44,027 bases of DNA from Schwartzia sp. (in: firmicutes) (GCA_017458745.1 JAFTAB010000135.1:1-44027); one strand, 5' to 3'. Shown: positions 27,295 through 38,412, counted from the stretch's first letter. A program made the numbers and translations. The notes: generated from the letters alone by a model not told the origin.

Positions 27295-27972
27295 TTGGGT
27301 CAGAAAGTCAATCCGCATGGCATGCGTCTTGGCGTTATAAAGTCATGGGATGCCAAATGGTATGCTGACAAGAAAGATTTCGCAAAGAATCTTCATGAAG
27401 ATATTCGGATTCGTGATTACCTGATGAAAAGCCTCCAGGCAGCGGGAATCTCGCGCGTGGAGACTGAGCGCATGAAGAACCGTGTCCGTCTTACCATTCA
27501 CACAGCGAAGCCGGGCATTGTCATAGGAAAGGGCGGCTCCGGCATTGAGGCAATCAAGGCGGGAATCAAAAAGTTCACGGACGCGGAGCGTATTGATATT
27601 GATATTGCGGAGGTAAAGTCTCCGGATCTCGATGCTAAACTTGTCGCCGAGAATGTCTCATCGCAGCTTGAGCGCCGCATTGCTTTTCGGCGCGCGATGA
27701 AGTCGTGCGTCGGCCGTACGATGCGGGCCGGCGCGAAGGGCATTAAAATTATGGTTGCTGGTCGTCTTGGCGGTGCCGAGATTGCTCGCAAGGAATCGTA
27801 TCGTGAGGGAAGCATCCCTCTGCATACACTTCGCGCCGATATTGATTACGGCGTCTCGGAAGCAAACACGACATACGGGCGTATTGGCGTAAAGGTATGG
27901 ATTTTCAAAGGCGAGATACTCCCCGAGAAAAAGGTCAAAGCTCCGGCAGCCAAGGAAGGGAGCGAAGCGTAA
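27295..27972 (+). CDS. rpsC: 30S ribosomal protein uS3
   Basis: TTG start follows AAGGAGGGA. The product has (M)[13 protein letters not shown] and the KH domain ...[12 protein letters not shown]. Confidence 0.96.
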   Translation: MGQKVNPHGMRLGVIKSWDAKWYADKKDFAKNLHEDIRIRDYLMKSLQAAGISRVETERMKNRVRLTIHTAKPGIVIGKGGSGIEAIKAGIKKFTDAERIDIDIAEVKSPDLDAKLVAENVSSQLERRIAFRRAMKSCVGRTMRAGAKGIKIMVAGRLGGAEIARKESYREGSIPLHTLRADIDYGVSEANTTYGRIGVKVWIFKGEILPEKKVKAPAAKEGSEA

Positions 27973-28412
27973 TGCTATTACCAAAAAGAACTAAATACCG
28001 CAAGCAGTTTCGCGGCCGCATGAAGGGCAAGGCACATCGTGGAAACAAGGTCTCACATGGCGCGTTTGGCCTCATGGCGCTTGAGCCCGCGTGGATAACA
28101 AATCGTCAGATTGAAGCAGCTCGTATTGCAATGACGCGCTACATTAAGCGCGGCGGTCAGGTTTGGATAAAGATTTTCCCGGATAAGCCTGTCACTGCGA
28201 AACCTGCCGAGACTCGCATGGGCAGCGGCAAGGGATCACCCGAGTACTGGGTGGCCGTCGTAAAGCCGGGGCGTGTTCTCTTCGAGATTGACGGAATATC
28301 CGAGGAGGTAGCGAAAGAGGCTATGCGCCTTGCGGGACACAAGCTTCCCATTAAAACGAAGTTTGTAACTCGTGAGGATGCACAAGAGGGCGGTGAAGTA
28401 AATGAAGGTTAA
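27972..28412 (+). CDS. rplP: 50S ribosomal protein uL16
   Basis: ATG 27972 overlaps the rpsC stop (TAATG). Product begins [19 protein letters not shown] and is 146 aa. The ORF-track start at 27897 is an upstream extension. Confidence 0.96.
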   Translation: MLLPKRTKYRKQFRGRMKGKAHRGNKVSHGAFGLMALEPAWITNRQIEAARIAMTRYIKRGGQVWIKIFPDKPVTAKPAETRMGSGKGSPEYWVAVVKPGRVLFEIDGISEEVAKEAMRLAGHKLPIKTKFVTREDAQEGGEVNEG

Positions 28413-28614
28413 TGAGATTCGCAAAGAGATACGTGAAATGAACGACGGCGAGTTAGTCCAAAAACTCGCCTCGCTAAAAGAGGAGCTCTTCAACCTCCGC
28501 TTCCAGCTCGCGACTGGCCAGCTTGAGAATCCGGCGCGCATCAGAGAGGTAAAAAAGACGATAGCCCGTATAAAGACCTACCAGCGTGCAAAGGAATTAG
28601 AGGCAGCAAATTAA
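28402..28614 (+). CDS. rpmC: 50S ribosomal protein uL29
   Basis: It overlaps the rplP 3' end by 11 nt. The product has [20 protein letters not shown]. Confidence 0.95.
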   Translation: MKVNEIRKEIREMNDGELVQKLASLKEELFNLRFQLATGQLENPARIREVKKTIARIKTYQRAKELEAAN

Positions 28615-28644
28615 GCTTATTTTACGGAAATTGAAAGAGATATT

Positions 28645-28665
28645 TTGCGCAAGTGCATTGTGCAA
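28645..28665 (+). other. hairpin in the unusually long rpmC-rpsQ spacer
   Basis: TTGCGCAA-gtgca-TTGTGCAA gives 8 bp including one G-U, followed by GGTTATTTATT. Confidence 0.45.
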
Positions 28666-28715
28666 GGTTATTTATTGACAATTCCTAAGAGCATGAAAAA
28701 GGAAGGAGGCTCCTC

Positions 28716-28973
28716 ATGAGCGAGAGAAATGCCCGGAAGACGCGCGTCGGCGTCGTGACGAGCGACAAGATGGATAAGACTGTAGTCGTGGCTGTCAAGG
28801 ATATTGAGCAGCACAAGCTCTACAAAAAGGCCGTCAAGAAGACCGTGAAGTTCAAGGCTCACGATGAGAACAATGAGGCTCACATCGGGGACAAGGTTGA
28901 GATAATGGAGACTCGCCCGCTTTCAAAGGACAAGCATTTCCGCGTTGTCAGGATTATGGAAAAGGCGAAATGA
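28716..28973 (+). CDS. rpsQ: 30S ribosomal protein uS17
   Basis: RBS GGAAGGAGG. The product has [21 protein letters not shown] and ...[25 protein letters not shown]. Confidence 0.96.
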   Translation: MSERNARKTRVGVVTSDKMDKTVVVAVKDIEQHKLYKKAVKKTVKFKAHDENNEAHIGDKVEIMETRPLSKDKHFRVVRIMEKAK

Positions 28974-29013
28974 AAAATAAAGTTTTGTAATTGAACGCGA
29001 GGGAGGGAAAAAT

Positions 29014-29382
29014 ATGATACAGCAGCAGACAATGCTGAATGTCGGTGACAACACCGGCGCGAAGCAGATCATGTGCATTCGCGTTATGGGCGGCTCTTTC
29101 AGGCGTTATGCCAATATCGGCGATATAATCGTGGCATCTGTCAAGCAGGCTACGCCTGGCGGCATGGTTAAAAAAGGTGAGGTTGTGAAGGCCGTCGTGG
29201 TTCGCTCGAAGAAGGGCGTCCGTCGTCAGGATGGCTCATATATCCGTTTTGACGAGAACGCGGCGGTCATCATAAAAGATGATAATACGCCGCGAGGAAC
29301 GCGTATTTTTGGTCCGGTGGCAAGGGAGCTTCGCGAAAAAGATTTCATGAAAATCGTCTCGTTGGCCCCGGAGGTTCTTTGA
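29014..29382 (+). CDS. rplN: 50S ribosomal protein uL14
   Basis: Product begins [17 protein letters not shown] and is 122 aa. Confidence 0.98.
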   Translation: MIQQQTMLNVGDNTGAKQIMCIRVMGGSFRRYANIGDIIVASVKQATPGGMVKKGEVVKAVVVRSKKGVRRQDGSYIRFDENAAVIIKDDNTPRGTRIFGPVARELREKDFMKIVSLAPEVL

Positions 29383-29412
29383 TAGAATTCCTATTAGTGA
29401 GGAGGTGTAATT

Positions 29413-29766
29413 TTGCTAACAAATAAAGGCGCGCAGCCACACAATCATCTTCATGTAAAAAAAGGTGACACGGTCATTGTCCTTTCAGGAAAGGACAAAG
29501 GGCAAAAGGGTGAGATTGTAAAAGCAATACCCAAGAAGATGAAGGTCATCGTCGAGGGAATAAATAAGGTGAAGCGTCATACGAAGCCGAGCCAGAAGTA
29601 TCCGCAGGGCGGAATAATCACTCGTGAGTCGCCTATCGGTGTCTCGAAGGTCATGCTCGTATGCCCGGCCTGCAAGAAGCCGACGCGTATCGCCAAGAAA
29701 CTCGTCAATGGGAAATATGTCAGAGCCTGCAAAAAATGCGGCGAGGTAATTGATGAGTCCAAATAA
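29413..29766 (+). CDS. rplX: 50S ribosomal protein uL24 (KOW), with CxxC...CxxC near the C-terminus
   Basis: TTG 29413 lies 5 nt after GAGGAGGTG. The product has [20 protein letters not shown]. No other in-frame start lies before the KOW motif. Confidence 0.9.
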   Translation: MLTNKGAQPHNHLHVKKGDTVIVLSGKDKGQKGEIVKAIPKKMKVIVEGINKVKRHTKPSQKYPQGGIITRESPIGVSKVMLVCPACKKPTRIAKKLVNGKYVRACKKCGEVIDESK

Positions 29767-29790
29767 TTAAGACAGAAAGGAGGATAATAG

Positions 29791-30330
29791 GTGGATAGAT
29801 TGCAAGAGAAGTACGTTAAGGAAGTTTGCCCGGAGCTTACAAAGAAGTTTGGCTATAAGAATGTCATGCAGTTGCCGAAAATAGACAAGGTAATAATCAA
29901 CATGGGCGTCGGTGAGGCTGTTGGCAATCCGAAGGCTCTTGATGCGGCTGTCGCCGATCTCACGCTGATCGCTGGACAGAAGCCTGTCGTGACTCGCGCA
30001 AAGAAGTCGATAGCGACATGGAAGGTTCGTCAGGGCATGGCCATCGGCGCAAAGGTGACGCTCCGAGGCGTTCGCATGTATCAGTTCCTTGATAAATTTA
30101 TGAATATCGCGCTTCCACGTGTCCGCGATTTCCATGGTGTAAGCGCGAAAGCTTTTGATGGCCGAGGCAATTACTCGGTTGGTCTCAAGGAGCAGCTAAT
30201 ATTCCCGGAAATCGATTATGATAAGATTGATAAAGTTCGCGGCATGAATGTTGTCATCGTCACCACTGCGAAGACGGACGAGGAGGCAAAGGAGCTCCTC
30301 GCGCTCATGGGGATGCCGTTTGCTGCATAA
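29791..30330 (+). CDS. rplE: 50S ribosomal protein uL5
   Basis: GTG start follows AAGGAGGA. The product has LQEKYVKEV and ...[20 protein letters not shown]. Confidence 0.97.
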   Translation: MDRLQEKYVKEVCPELTKKFGYKNVMQLPKIDKVIINMGVGEAVGNPKALDAAVADLTLIAGQKPVVTRAKKSIATWKVRQGMAIGAKVTLRGVRMYQFLDKFMNIALPRVRDFHGVSAKAFDGRGNYSVGLKEQLIFPEIDYDKIDKVRGMNVVIVTTAKTDEEAKELLALMGMPFAA

Positions 30331-30350
30331 CGCGAGAAAGGAGAAATACC

Positions 30351-30536
30351 GTGGCTAAAAAGGCTTTAATTGAGAAATGGAGCCGTGAGCCGAAGTTCAA
30401 GGTTCGCAAGTACAACCGTTGCAAGATTTGCGGTCGTCCGCATGGCTATATGAGAAAGTTTGATATGTGCCGTATCTGCTTCAGGGAGCAGAGCTACAAT
30501 GGCGCGATTCCTGGCATAACCAAGGCCAGCTGGTAA
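30351..30536 (+). CDS. rpsN: 30S ribosomal protein uS14, short zinc-binding type Z
   Basis: GTG start follows AAGGAGA. The 61-aa product has [23 protein letters not shown]. Confidence 0.96.
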   Translation: MAKKALIEKWSREPKFKVRKYNRCKICGRPHGYMRKFDMCRICFREQSYNGAIPGITKASW

Positions 30537-30563
30537 ATTTGAAAGAAAGGAGGATATCGATTT

Positions 30564-30962
30564 ATGACAATGACTGATCCTATTGCAGATATGCTTACTC
30601 GCCTTCGCAATGCGAATTCTGTTCTGCATGACAAGGTTGAGATTCCTGGCTCAAAGATAAAGAAAGCGATTGCAGCCGTGCTTAAGGAAGAAGGGTTCAT
30701 AAAGGATTTCGTCTTCAAGGAAAACAATAAGCAAGGCGTTTTGACTGTCACTCTGAAGTATGGTCCGAATCGAGAGAAGGTCATCTCTGGGATAAAACGT
30801 ATCTCAAAGCCGGGCCTTCGGATGTATGCGAAATGCGCCGAGCTGCCGAGGGTTCTCGGTGGACTGGGCATCGCCATTATCTCCACGTCTCACGGCATCA
30901 TGAGTGACAAGGCCGCGAGAAAGGCCGGACTAGGCGGCGAGATAATCGCATACGTTTGGTAA
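30564..30962 (+). CDS. rpsH: 30S ribosomal protein uS8
   Basis: Product begins [17 protein letters not shown] and is 132 aa. Confidence 0.97.
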   Translation: MTMTDPIADMLTRLRNANSVLHDKVEIPGSKIKKAIAAVLKEEGFIKDFVFKENNKQGVLTVTLKYGPNREKVISGIKRISKPGLRMYAKCAELPRVLGGLGIAIISTSHGIMSDKAARKAGLGGEIIAYVW

Positions 30963-30990
30963 TTTGTTTTTGAGCATAGGAGGTGGAAAA

Positions 30991-31542
30991 ATGTCAAGAA
31001 TTGGAAGAATGCCGATTACCATACCGTCAGGCGTCAAAGTGACGATTGACGATAATAATAAAGTCACAGTAAAAGGCCCCAAGGGGGAGCTCGCAAGGAC
31101 GCTTAACAGCTCAATGAAGATAACCGAGAAGGATGGAGTGATCACGGTTGAGCGCCCGTCAGACGAGAAAGAGCATCGTTCCCTGCATGGCCTGACACGC
31201 ACGCTCATTAACAATATGATTGTCGGTGTCACGGAGGGCTTCACTAAAAATCTTGAGATTAATGGCGTCGGATATCGTGCAGTGAAGCAGGGAAAGAATC
31301 TTACACTTTCGCTTGGGTTCTCCCACCCTGTGATTGTAGAGCCGCCGAAGGGCATCGAGCTTGACGCGCCTGCGGCAAATAAGATAACGATTACCGGCAT
31401 TGACAAAGAGGCCGTCGGTGGAATTGCTGCAAGAATTCGCTCATTGCGCGCCCCGGAGCCATACAAGGGCAAGGGCATAAAGTATGAGGGCGAGCACATC
31501 CGCCGCAAGGTAGGAAAGGCCGGCGCAAAGGGAAAGAAATAA
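30991..31542 (+). CDS. rplF: 50S ribosomal protein uL6
   Basis: ATG 30991 follows AGGAGGTGG. Product begins [17 protein letters not shown]. The ORF-track start at 30964 is an upstream extension. Confidence 0.96.
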   Translation: MSRIGRMPITIPSGVKVTIDDNNKVTVKGPKGELARTLNSSMKITEKDGVITVERPSDEKEHRSLHGLTRTLINNMIVGVTEGFTKNLEINGVGYRAVKQGKNLTLSLGFSHPVIVEPPKGIELDAPAANKITITGIDKEAVGGIAARIRSLRAPEPYKGKGIKYEGEHIRRKVGKAGAKGKK

Positions 31543-31576
31543 TCCCGCGTGTATCATATAGAAAGGAGTGTTTTGC

Positions 31577-31936
31577 GTGTTTCATAAGTTTGACAGGAAC
31601 GGCGCACGCAAGAAGCGTCATCTCCGCGTCAGGAATCATATCAGCGGGACGCCTGAGCGCCCGCGCCTTAATGTATTCCGTAGTCTCTCGAACATCTACG
31701 CTCAGATAATTGATGACAAGAATGGCGTGACGCTTGCGGCTGCAAGCTCGAAGGACAAGGACTTTTCGGGCTACGGCGGCAATGTCGAGGCAGCGAAGGC
31801 TGTTGGAAGCGCGATTGCAAAGAAGGCGATTGAAAAGGGCATCACAGCTGTCGTTTTCGATCGTGGCGGATATATTTATCATGGCCGTGTTGCAGCTCTC
31901 GCAGAGGCTGCTCGTGAAGGCGGATTGAAATTCTAA
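31577..31936 (+). CDS. rplR: 50S ribosomal protein uL18
   Basis: GTG 31577 lies 8 nt after AAGGAG; GTG 31568 sits inside the RBS. The product has ...[26 protein letters not shown] and is 119 aa. Confidence 0.9.
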   Translation: MFHKFDRNGARKKRHLRVRNHISGTPERPRLNVFRSLSNIYAQIIDDKNGVTLAAASSKDKDFSGYGGNVEAAKAVGSAIAKKAIEKGITAVVFDRGGYIYHGRVAALAEAAREGGLKF

Positions 31937-31957
31937 AACAGAAAAGGAGGTAAATGA

Positions 31958-32485
31958 ATGGCTAGGAATGACAGAGAGCGCGACAGAAACAGGGACAGGG
32001 AAGAAAACCCTGAGTTTCAGGAAAAGGTTGTTTATATAAATCGTGTTGCCAAGGTTGTTAAAGGCGGACGTCGTTTCTCATTCTCCGCGCTTGTCGTAGT
32101 CGGTAATCAGAAGGGCAAGGTCGGAGTCGGACTTGGCAAGGCGAGCGAGGTTCCCGAGGCAATAAGGAAGGGAATCGAGGACGCAAAGAAAAATCTCATC
32201 GAGGTTGCACTTTTCGGTCAGACAATACCACATGAGATTATCGGAATTTTTGGCGCAGGCAGGGTACTGCTGAAGCCGGCTGCAAAAGGTACCGGCGTTA
32301 TCGCAGGCGGTCCGGCGCGTGCCGTGCTGGAGCTTGCCGGTGTGCGCGACATTCTCACGAAGTCTCTTGGCTCCTCTAATCCGAACAACATGGTTCGCGC
32401 GACGCTCACGGGGCTCTCGCAGCTGAAGCGCGCGGAGAGAGTGGCGGAGCTTCGCGGCAAGACGGTGAAGGAACTTCTCGGGTAA
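31958..32485 (+). CDS. rpsE: 30S ribosomal protein uS5
   Basis: RBS AAAGGAGG. An R/D-rich N-terminus is followed by [24 protein letters not shown]. Confidence 0.96.
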   Translation: MARNDRERDRNRDREENPEFQEKVVYINRVAKVVKGGRRFSFSALVVVGNQKGKVGVGLGKASEVPEAIRKGIEDAKKNLIEVALFGQTIPHEIIGIFGAGRVLLKPAAKGTGVIAGGPARAVLELAGVRDILTKSLGSSNPNNMVRATLTGLSQLKRAERVAELRGKTVKELLG

Positions 32486-32497
32486 GGAGGATATTTC

Positions 32498-32683
32498 ATG
32501 GCAAAGCTTAAAGTTACTCTGACCCGCAGCGTTATCGGCCGTCCGGAAACTCAGCGCAAGACAGTGAAGTCGCTTGGCCTCGGCAAAATGAATTCTTCAA
32601 ATGTTTTGCCGGACAATGACGCCATTCGCGGTCAGATTTTCAAGGTAAAGCATCTTGTTACGGTGGAAGAAATAAAAGACTGA
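32498..32683 (+). CDS. rpmD: 50S ribosomal protein uL30
   Basis: Product begins [28 protein letters not shown] and is 61 aa. Confidence 0.96.
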   Translation: MAKLKVTLTRSVIGRPETQRKTVKSLGLGKMNSSNVLPDNDAIRGQIFKVKHLVTVEEIKD

Positions 32684-32699
32684 AAGGGAGGTGCAATGG

Positions 32700-33230
32700 A
32701 TGAAATTACATGAACTAGCTCCTGCGCCCGGCTCAAGAAAGAAGCCCACGCGCCGCGGTCGCGGCCTTGGCTCAGGACTCGGAAAGACTGCGGGACGTGG
32801 CAGCAAGGGACAGCTTTCACGCTCGGGCGGAAAGACGCGCACGGGATTTGAAGGCGGGCAGATGCCGATTTATCGTCGTCTTCCGAAGCGCGGTTTCAAA
32901 AATGTTTGGGCAAATGTTTATGCTGAAGTCAACGTGTCAATGCTCAACCGTTTCGAGGACGGGGCAAAGGTCGATCCTGTTGCTCTTGTCGAAGAGGGAG
33001 TTCTTAAAAATGTTCGTGACGGCGTGCGTATTTTGGGCGACGGCGAGCTGAATAAAAATCTTACAGTCGTGGCTCACGGATTCACGAAGACTGCCATAGA
33101 GAAAATTAAGGCGGCGGGCGGAAGCATGGTGCTTGTGGTGAAGAAAGTGGACGTGGATCGTAAGAATCCTTACACTATAAATTCAATGGAAAAAATCACG
33201 GCGGCAGGCGGAAAAGTCGAGGTGATCTGA
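32700..33230 (+). CDS. rplO: 50S ribosomal protein uL15 with duplicated C-terminal segment
   Basis: ATG 32700 lies 6 nt after GGGAGGTG. Product begins [34 protein letters not shown]. It is 176 aa, against about 146 aa as I recall for B. subtilis. Confidence 0.93.
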   Translation: MKLHELAPAPGSRKKPTRRGRGLGSGLGKTAGRGSKGQLSRSGGKTRTGFEGGQMPIYRRLPKRGFKNVWANVYAEVNVSMLNRFEDGAKVDPVALVEEGVLKNVRDGVRILGDGELNKNLTVVAHGFTKTAIEKIKAAGGSMVLVVKKVDVDRKNPYTINSMEKITAAGGKVEVI

Positions 33231-33231
33231 T

Positions 33232-34488
33232 GTGCTCGGAGCCCTTGCGAACATTTATCGGATTCCCGAGCTGAGGCAGAAAATATTTTTTACGCTTATA
33301 ATGTTTGCTGTCTTTAGGATGGGCACTCATATCCCAGTCCCGGGCGTGAATCCGGCCGTCATTGAGCAACTTTTTAACAGCGGCAACCTTTTTGGATTGC
33401 TTGACATGTTCTCTGGCGGGGCTCTCAGCAAGTTTTCTGTTTTTGCGATGAGCATCACCCCTTATATCAATGCCTCGATTATCATCCAGCTTTTGACTGT
33501 AGTGATACCGAAGCTGGAGGAATGGTCTAAGGAGGGCCAGGAAGGGCATAAGAAGACAACACAGGTAACGCGTTATTTGACGATAGCGCTTGCTTTCCTT
33601 CAGGCGATAGGCATGTCCATTGGCCTCAAGGATGCGATATTAAATCCGGGAATCACTTCGATTCTTATAATTGCAATAACACTCACGGCAGGGACGGTAT
33701 TCCTGATGTGGGTGGGCGAGCAGATAACGGCGATGGGTGTTGGCAACGGCATATCGCTCATCATCTTTGCCGGAATTGTCGCGGCTCTCCCCAAAAACAT
33801 TGGGACACTTTATAAGTATTTGCAGGCCGGAACGATCAGCGGCTTTAATATCGTCCTCTTCATTCTCATAGCGTTGGCGATGGTGGTATTCGTCGTAATG
33901 ATACACGTCGCGCATCGCAGAATCCCGATTTCCTATGCGAAACGGGTGGTCGGCCAGAGATCGTATGGCGGACATTCGAGTCACATCCCGCTGAAGGTAG
34001 ACCAGGCGGGAGTAATACCAATAATCTTTGCGTCATCCGTGCTGATGTTTCCAGTAACTATTGCCCAGTTTATTGATGTACCATGGGTAAAGCAAGTCGC
34101 CGGGTATTTTGCGTGGGGCACACCGCTACAGACGAGCCTTTATGCGCTCCTCATTATCTTCTTCACGTATTTTTACACCGCGGTTACTGTAAAGATATCG
34201 GATATGGCAGAGAATCTGAAAAAATACGGTGGCTTTATTCCCGGCATAAGGCCGGGCAAGCCTACTGAGGATTATTTGGATCATGTCTTGACACGCATCA
34301 CGCTAGCTGGCGCATTTTTCCTTGCATTCATCGCTATCCTCCCCAATATGGTTGCAGGGGCGACTCATATCGAGGGCGTCTACTTTGGCGGCACGGCGCT
34401 GCTTATCGTGGTTGGGGTTGCGCTTGACACGATGAAGCAGATAGAGGCGATGATTGTCATGCGCCATTATCAAGGTTTTATGAAATAG
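33232..34488 (+). CDS. secY: preprotein translocase subunit SecY
   Basis: GTG start follows GAGGTGA. It is a 418-aa polytopic membrane protein with [12 protein letters not shown]...GTHIPVPG. Confidence 0.97.
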   Translation: MLGALANIYRIPELRQKIFFTLIMFAVFRMGTHIPVPGVNPAVIEQLFNSGNLFGLLDMFSGGALSKFSVFAMSITPYINASIIIQLLTVVIPKLEEWSKEGQEGHKKTTQVTRYLTIALAFLQAIGMSIGLKDAILNPGITSILIIAITLTAGTVFLMWVGEQITAMGVGNGISLIIFAGIVAALPKNIGTLYKYLQAGTISGFNIVLFILIALAMVVFVVMIHVAHRRIPISYAKRVVGQRSYGGHSSHIPLKVDQAGVIPIIFASSVLMFPVTIAQFIDVPWVKQVAGYFAWGTPLQTSLYALLIIFFTYFYTAVTVKISDMAENLKKYGGFIPGIRPGKPTEDYLDHVLTRITLAGAFFLAFIAILPNMVAGATHIEGVYFGGTALLIVVGVALDTMKQIEAMIVMRHYQGFMK

Positions 34489-34498
34489 GAGGAGAAAA

Positions 34499-35143
34499 AT
34501 GTATATCCTGTTAATGGGACCTCCAGGAGCCGGTAAGGGCACCCAGGCCGCCAATCTCGTAAAGGAATTTTCTATTCCTCACATTTCAACGGGCGACATG
34601 TTCCGCGCGGCAGTGAAAGAAGGAACTGAGCTCGGGAAAAAAGCAAAGGCGTGCATGGATGAGGGCAGACTTGTACCGGATGATGTCACAATCGGCATTG
34701 TCAGAGAGAGACTTCAAAAATCTGATTGCAGGAAGGGATTCATCCTTGATGGATTTCCCCGCACAGTGGAGCAGGCTGACGCGCTCAAGAGCATTCTTGA
34801 TGAGCTGAAAATTAATCTGACGCGAGTCATAGATATTTCTGCGTCAAAGGATGAGCTCATCGAGAGGGCAGTTGGCAGGCGCATCTGCAAGAAATGCGGC
34901 GCCACGTACCATGTCAAATTCAGCCCGACGAAGAAAGAGGGCGTATGCGATGCGTGCGGCGGCGAGACGTATCAGAGGGCGGATGACAGCGAAGAGACCA
35001 TGAGAAATCGTCTGTCTGTTTACGAGCAGCAGACGAAGCCCCTGATCGACTACTATCAAAAGGCAAAGCTTTACAGCCGTATTGATGGCAGCCAGCAGAT
35101 TGAAAAAGTCTATGATGATGTTAAAAAGAGTCTCGATGTATAA
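34499..35143 (+). CDS. adk: adenylate kinase with zinc-binding lid
   Basis: The product has P-loop [11 protein letters not shown] and a lid with CKKCGATYH...CDACGG. Confidence 0.97.
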   Translation: MYILLMGPPGAGKGTQAANLVKEFSIPHISTGDMFRAAVKEGTELGKKAKACMDEGRLVPDDVTIGIVRERLQKSDCRKGFILDGFPRTVEQADALKSILDELKINLTRVIDISASKDELIERAVGRRICKKCGATYHVKFSPTKKEGVCDACGGETYQRADDSEETMRNRLSVYEQQTKPLIDYYQKAKLYSRIDGSQQIEKVYDDVKKSLDV

Positions 35144-35214
35144 AAGGCGAGAGAAAGTCACCGATCGATACGCGTCTTTATCAAGGGACGCCATAAATTC
35201 TAAGGAGTTAATGT

Positions 35215-35433
35215 ATGTCCAAGCAAGATGTCATTGAAGTGGAAGGAAAAGTACTTGAGGCATTGCCCAATGCGATGTTTCAGGTCGAATTGGAAAACGG
35301 CCATGTTGTGCTGGCGCATGTCTCGGGTAAGATCCGCATGAATTTCATCCGCATCCTGCCTGGCGATAAGGTCACGATTGAGCTTACACCGTACGATTTG
35401 ACGCGTGGCCGTATAACGTATCGCTTCAAATGA
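35215..35433 (+). CDS. infA: translation initiation factor IF-1
   Basis: Product begins [30 protein letters not shown] and is 72 aa. Confidence 0.98.
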   Translation: MSKQDVIEVEGKVLEALPNAMFQVELENGHVVLAHVSGKIRMNFIRILPGDKVTIELTPYDLTRGRITYRFK

Positions 35434-35447
35434 GGCGAGCATGATAT

Positions 35448-35467
35448 TGTACGACGCCTATCGTACA
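35448..35467 (+). other. hairpin between infA and rpmJ
   Basis: TGTACGA-cgccta-TCGTACA. Confidence 0.45.
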
Positions 35468-35491
35468 GGAAAGGAAAAGAGGAGGAGAAGC

Positions 35492-35605
35492 ATGAAAGTT
35501 AAACCTTCAGTAAAGCCAATTTGTGAGAAATGCAAGGTAATCAAGCGCAAGGGCCGCGTGATGGTCATTTGCGAGAACCCAAAGCATAAACAGAGACAAG
35601 GTTAA
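35492..35605 (+). CDS. rpmJ: 50S ribosomal protein bL36 (zinc-binding form)
   Basis: It is absent from the ORF track because it is only 37 aa. ATG 35492 follows GAGGAGGAGAAGC. Hand translation gives [37 protein letters not shown] with TAA at 35603-35605. Confidence 0.94.
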   Translation: MKVKPSVKPICEKCKVIKRKGRVMVICENPKHKQRQG

Positions 35606-35626
35606 CGGAAAAGGAGGGTTAAATAT

Positions 35627-36001
35627 ATGGCACGTATTGCCGGCGTTGATTTACCGCGTGACAAGAGAATCGAAATAGCATTGACATATATTTTCGGTAT
35701 CGGTCTTACGACGTCGAAAAAGCTTCTGGCTGAAGCGAAGGTCAATCCCGATACGCGTACCCGCGACCTCACGGAGGACGAGGTAGTGAAGCTGCGCGAT
35801 CTGATTGACAAGGAGGTAGTGGTTGAGGGTGATCTCCGCCGAGAGGTTTCGCTCAATATAAAGCGTCTCATTGAGATTGGCTGCTACCGTGGCCGTCGTC
35901 ATCGTCTCGGGCTCCCTGTGCGCGGGCAGCACACGAAGAACAATGCTCGCACTCGGAAGGGACCTAGGAAGACTATAGCAGGAAAGAAAAAGGAATCATA
36001 A
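35627..36001 (+). CDS. rpsM: 30S ribosomal protein uS13
   Basis: Product begins [26 protein letters not shown]. Confidence 0.98.
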   Translation: MARIAGVDLPRDKRIEIALTYIFGIGLTTSKKLLAEAKVNPDTRTRDLTEDEVVKLRDLIDKEVVVEGDLRREVSLNIKRLIEIGCYRGRRHRLGLPVRGQHTKNNARTRKGPRKTIAGKKKES

Positions 36002-36015
36002 GGGAGGGATAGCAG

Positions 36016-36408
36016 TTGGCAGTTAAGAAAACAGTTCGCCCAAAGAAAAGGGATCGCAAGAATATAGAGTCTGGCATCGCTCACATCAGCTCGACTTTCA
36101 ATAACACGATTGTGACGCTCACTGACAAAAACGGCAATGCTATTTCGTGGGCATCGGCTGGCGGCCTTGGTTTTCGCGGCTCGCGCAAGTCGACTCCGTT
36201 TGCGGCTCAGATGGCTGCGGAGACGGCTGCAAAGGCGGCCATGGAGCATGGCCTGAAGCAGGTCGAAGTCTACGTGAAGGGGCCGGGCGCAGGCCGAGAG
36301 GCAGCTATCCGTTCCCTTCAGGCCACAGGCCTTGAGGTCAATATGATCAAAGATGTCACGCCGATTCCGCACAACGGGTGCCGCCCGCCGAAGCGGAGAA
36401 GAGTGTAA
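36016..36408 (+). CDS. rpsK: 30S ribosomal protein uS11
   Basis: TTG start follows GGGAGGGA. The product has ...[18 protein letters not shown] and ...[14 protein letters not shown]. Confidence 0.96.
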   Translation: MAVKKTVRPKKRDRKNIESGIAHISSTFNNTIVTLTDKNGNAISWASAGGLGFRGSRKSTPFAAQMAAETAAKAAMEHGLKQVEVYVKGPGAGREAAIRSLQATGLEVNMIKDVTPIPHNGCRPPKRRRV

Positions 36409-36425
36409 TGGGAGGCATGAACTAG

Positions 36426-37019
36426 ATGGCAATAGATAGAACCCCTAGACTTAAGAGGTGCCGCGCTCTTGGCCTTGAGCCGGCAGTCGTCGGCCTGGCA
36501 AAGAAGTCAAAGCGTCAGCCGAAGCGCCAGATGCGCAAGGTCAGTGAGTATGGCACGCAGCTCAAAGAGAAGCAAAAAGCAAAATTCATTTATGGCGTTC
36601 TTGAGAAGCAGTTCCGCGGCTACTATGAGAAAGCAAAGAAAATGCAGGGAGTTACGGGCGAGAATCTGCTCTCGCTGCTTGAGCGCCGTATTGACAACGT
36701 CGTGTATCGTCTTGGGCTGGCAAATACTCGCCGTCAGGCTCGTCAGGTCGTGAGACATGGGCATATCACGGTAAACGGCAAGCGTCTTGATATTCCTTCG
36801 GCGCTCGTGAAGACGGATGATGTTATCAGCATCGCAGAGAAGAGCCGCTCAAATGGTTTCTTCAAGGAGCTTTCTGAAAACTATAAGCCTCTTTCGGTGC
36901 CGTCGTGGCTGACAGCCGACAAGACGCACCTCACTGGAACGGTAGTGCGTGTGCCGATGCGCGAGGACATTGACGTTCCGGTCAATGAGCAGGCCATTGT
37001 CGAACTCTACTCGAAGTAA
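36426..37019 (+). CDS. rpsD: 30S ribosomal protein uS4 (no N-terminal Cys cluster)
   Basis: The 197-aa product has the S4 domain [34 protein letters not shown]. Confidence 0.96.
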   Translation: MAIDRTPRLKRCRALGLEPAVVGLAKKSKRQPKRQMRKVSEYGTQLKEKQKAKFIYGVLEKQFRGYYEKAKKMQGVTGENLLSLLERRIDNVVYRLGLANTRRQARQVVRHGHITVNGKRLDIPSALVKTDDVISIAEKSRSNGFFKELSENYKPLSVPSWLTADKTHLTGTVVRVPMREDIDVPVNEQAIVELYSK

Positions 37020-37073
37020 TCCTCATATCATTTCTCCGATATTGTTAGAGGTTATAGAGGAGGGCTAGATTGC

Positions 37074-38039
37074 ATGGTTGAAAGCGAAAAGCCAAAAATT
37101 GAGATTGTGGAGATAAGCGAGGATAATCGCTATGGCAAGTTTGTCTGTGAGCCGCTCGAGCCGGGCTATGGCACGACGCTTGGCAATAGCCTTCGCAGGA
37201 TTCTCCTTTCGTCTCTTCAGGGCGCGGCTATCACGTCCATCAGAATTGACGGCGTGCTCCATGAGTTTTCGACAGTTCCGGGGGTGCGCGACGATGTCAC
37301 GAATATCATTTTGAATTTGAAAGAGATTTGCTTCAAGATGTACTCGGACGAGTCAAAGCTGATACGCATTGATGTCGATGGCGAGAAAGAGGTTACCGGT
37401 GCTGACATAAAGACGGACGCGGATCTTGAGATTCTGAATCCTGACAAGCATATCGCGACGCTCAACGAGGACGGCTCTCTGCACATGGAGATGACTGTCG
37501 AGCGCGGATATGGATATGTCCCGGCCGACAAAAACAAGAAGCCCGATCAGGTCATAGGAATTATTCCTATAGATTCCATTTTTTCACCTGTTGTTCGCGT
37601 CAATTATTCTGTGGCTGACACTCGCGTCGGTCAGGCGACTGACTATGACAAGTTGACCATAGAGGTCTGGACGGATGGCTCCATTCGTCCGGAGGAGGCG
37701 CTGTCGCGCGCGGCGAGCAACCTTATATCTCACCTCAGAATTTTCCAGAACATGGCCGGATTGCCTGAGGAGGAAATCGAGGAGGAGAGCGTAGAGCAAG
37801 TAGAGGAAGATACTGATACCGCGAAGATCATGGAGATGACGATTGAGGATCTTGATCTTTCGGTTCGTTCCTATAATTGCTTGAAGCGTGCAAATATCAA
37901 CACGGTGGCTGACCTCACGGTGAAGACCGAGGAGGACATGATGAAGGTTCGCAACCTCGGCAGGAAGTCGCTTGAGGAAGTCAAGAAGAAGCTCGCGGAG
38001 CTTGATTTGTCGCTTTACCACAAGTCACCGGATGAATAA
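37074..38039 (+). CDS. rpoA: DNA-directed RNA polymerase alpha subunit
   Basis: RBS GAGGAGGG. The product has [27 protein letters not shown] and a C-terminal HhH segment [20 protein letters not shown]. Confidence 0.97.
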   Translation: MVESEKPKIEIVEISEDNRYGKFVCEPLEPGYGTTLGNSLRRILLSSLQGAAITSIRIDGVLHEFSTVPGVRDDVTNIILNLKEICFKMYSDESKLIRIDVDGEKEVTGADIKTDADLEILNPDKHIATLNEDGSLHMEMTVERGYGYVPADKNKKPDQVIGIIPIDSIFSPVVRVNYSVADTRVGQATDYDKLTIEVWTDGSIRPEEALSRAASNLISHLRIFQNMAGLPEEEIEEESVEQVEEDTDTAKIMEMTIEDLDLSVRSYNCLKRANINTVADLTVKTEEDMMKVRNLGRKSLEEVKKKLAELDLSLYHKSPDE

Positions 38040-38057
38040 GAGGAAAGAGGGAAATAA

Positions 38058-38399
38058 ATGTCACAGAGAAAATTGGGGCGCGACTCCAGCGCGAGAAAAG
38101 CGCTTTTCAGAAGCATCCTGACATCTTTCTTCAGGCACGGGCGTATTGAGACGACAGAGGCGAAGGCGAAAGAAATACGTCGCCTCGCCGATAGGCTCAT
38201 TACTCTCGCGAAGCGTGGAGACCTCGCGGCACGCCGCATGGCGATCGCGCGTCTTTATGATGAGGATGTCGTGAGGAAGCTTTTCGGTGAGATAGCGCAG
38301 AAATACGCTGAACGCCAGGGTGGCTATACCCGCATACTCAAGCTTGGCCCTCGTCGCGGAGATGCCGCGCCAATGGTCATAATCGAGCTTGTAGATTAA
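38058..38399 (+). CDS. rplQ: 50S ribosomal protein bL17
   Basis: The product has [36 protein letters not shown] and is 113 aa. Confidence 0.97.
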   Translation: MSQRKLGRDSSARKALFRSILTSFFRHGRIETTEAKAKEIRRLADRLITLAKRGDLAARRMAIARLYDEDVVRKLFGEIAQKYAERQGGYTRILKLGPRRGDAAPMVIIELVD

Positions 38400-38412
38400 T
38401 TTCAAAAAATAA

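Noticed and set aside
28675-28703. TTGACA at 28675-28680 as an internal promoter for rpsQ.
   Set aside because: No acceptable -10 hexamer lies 16-19 nt downstream; the sequence there runs into the AAAAAGGAAGGAGG RBS.
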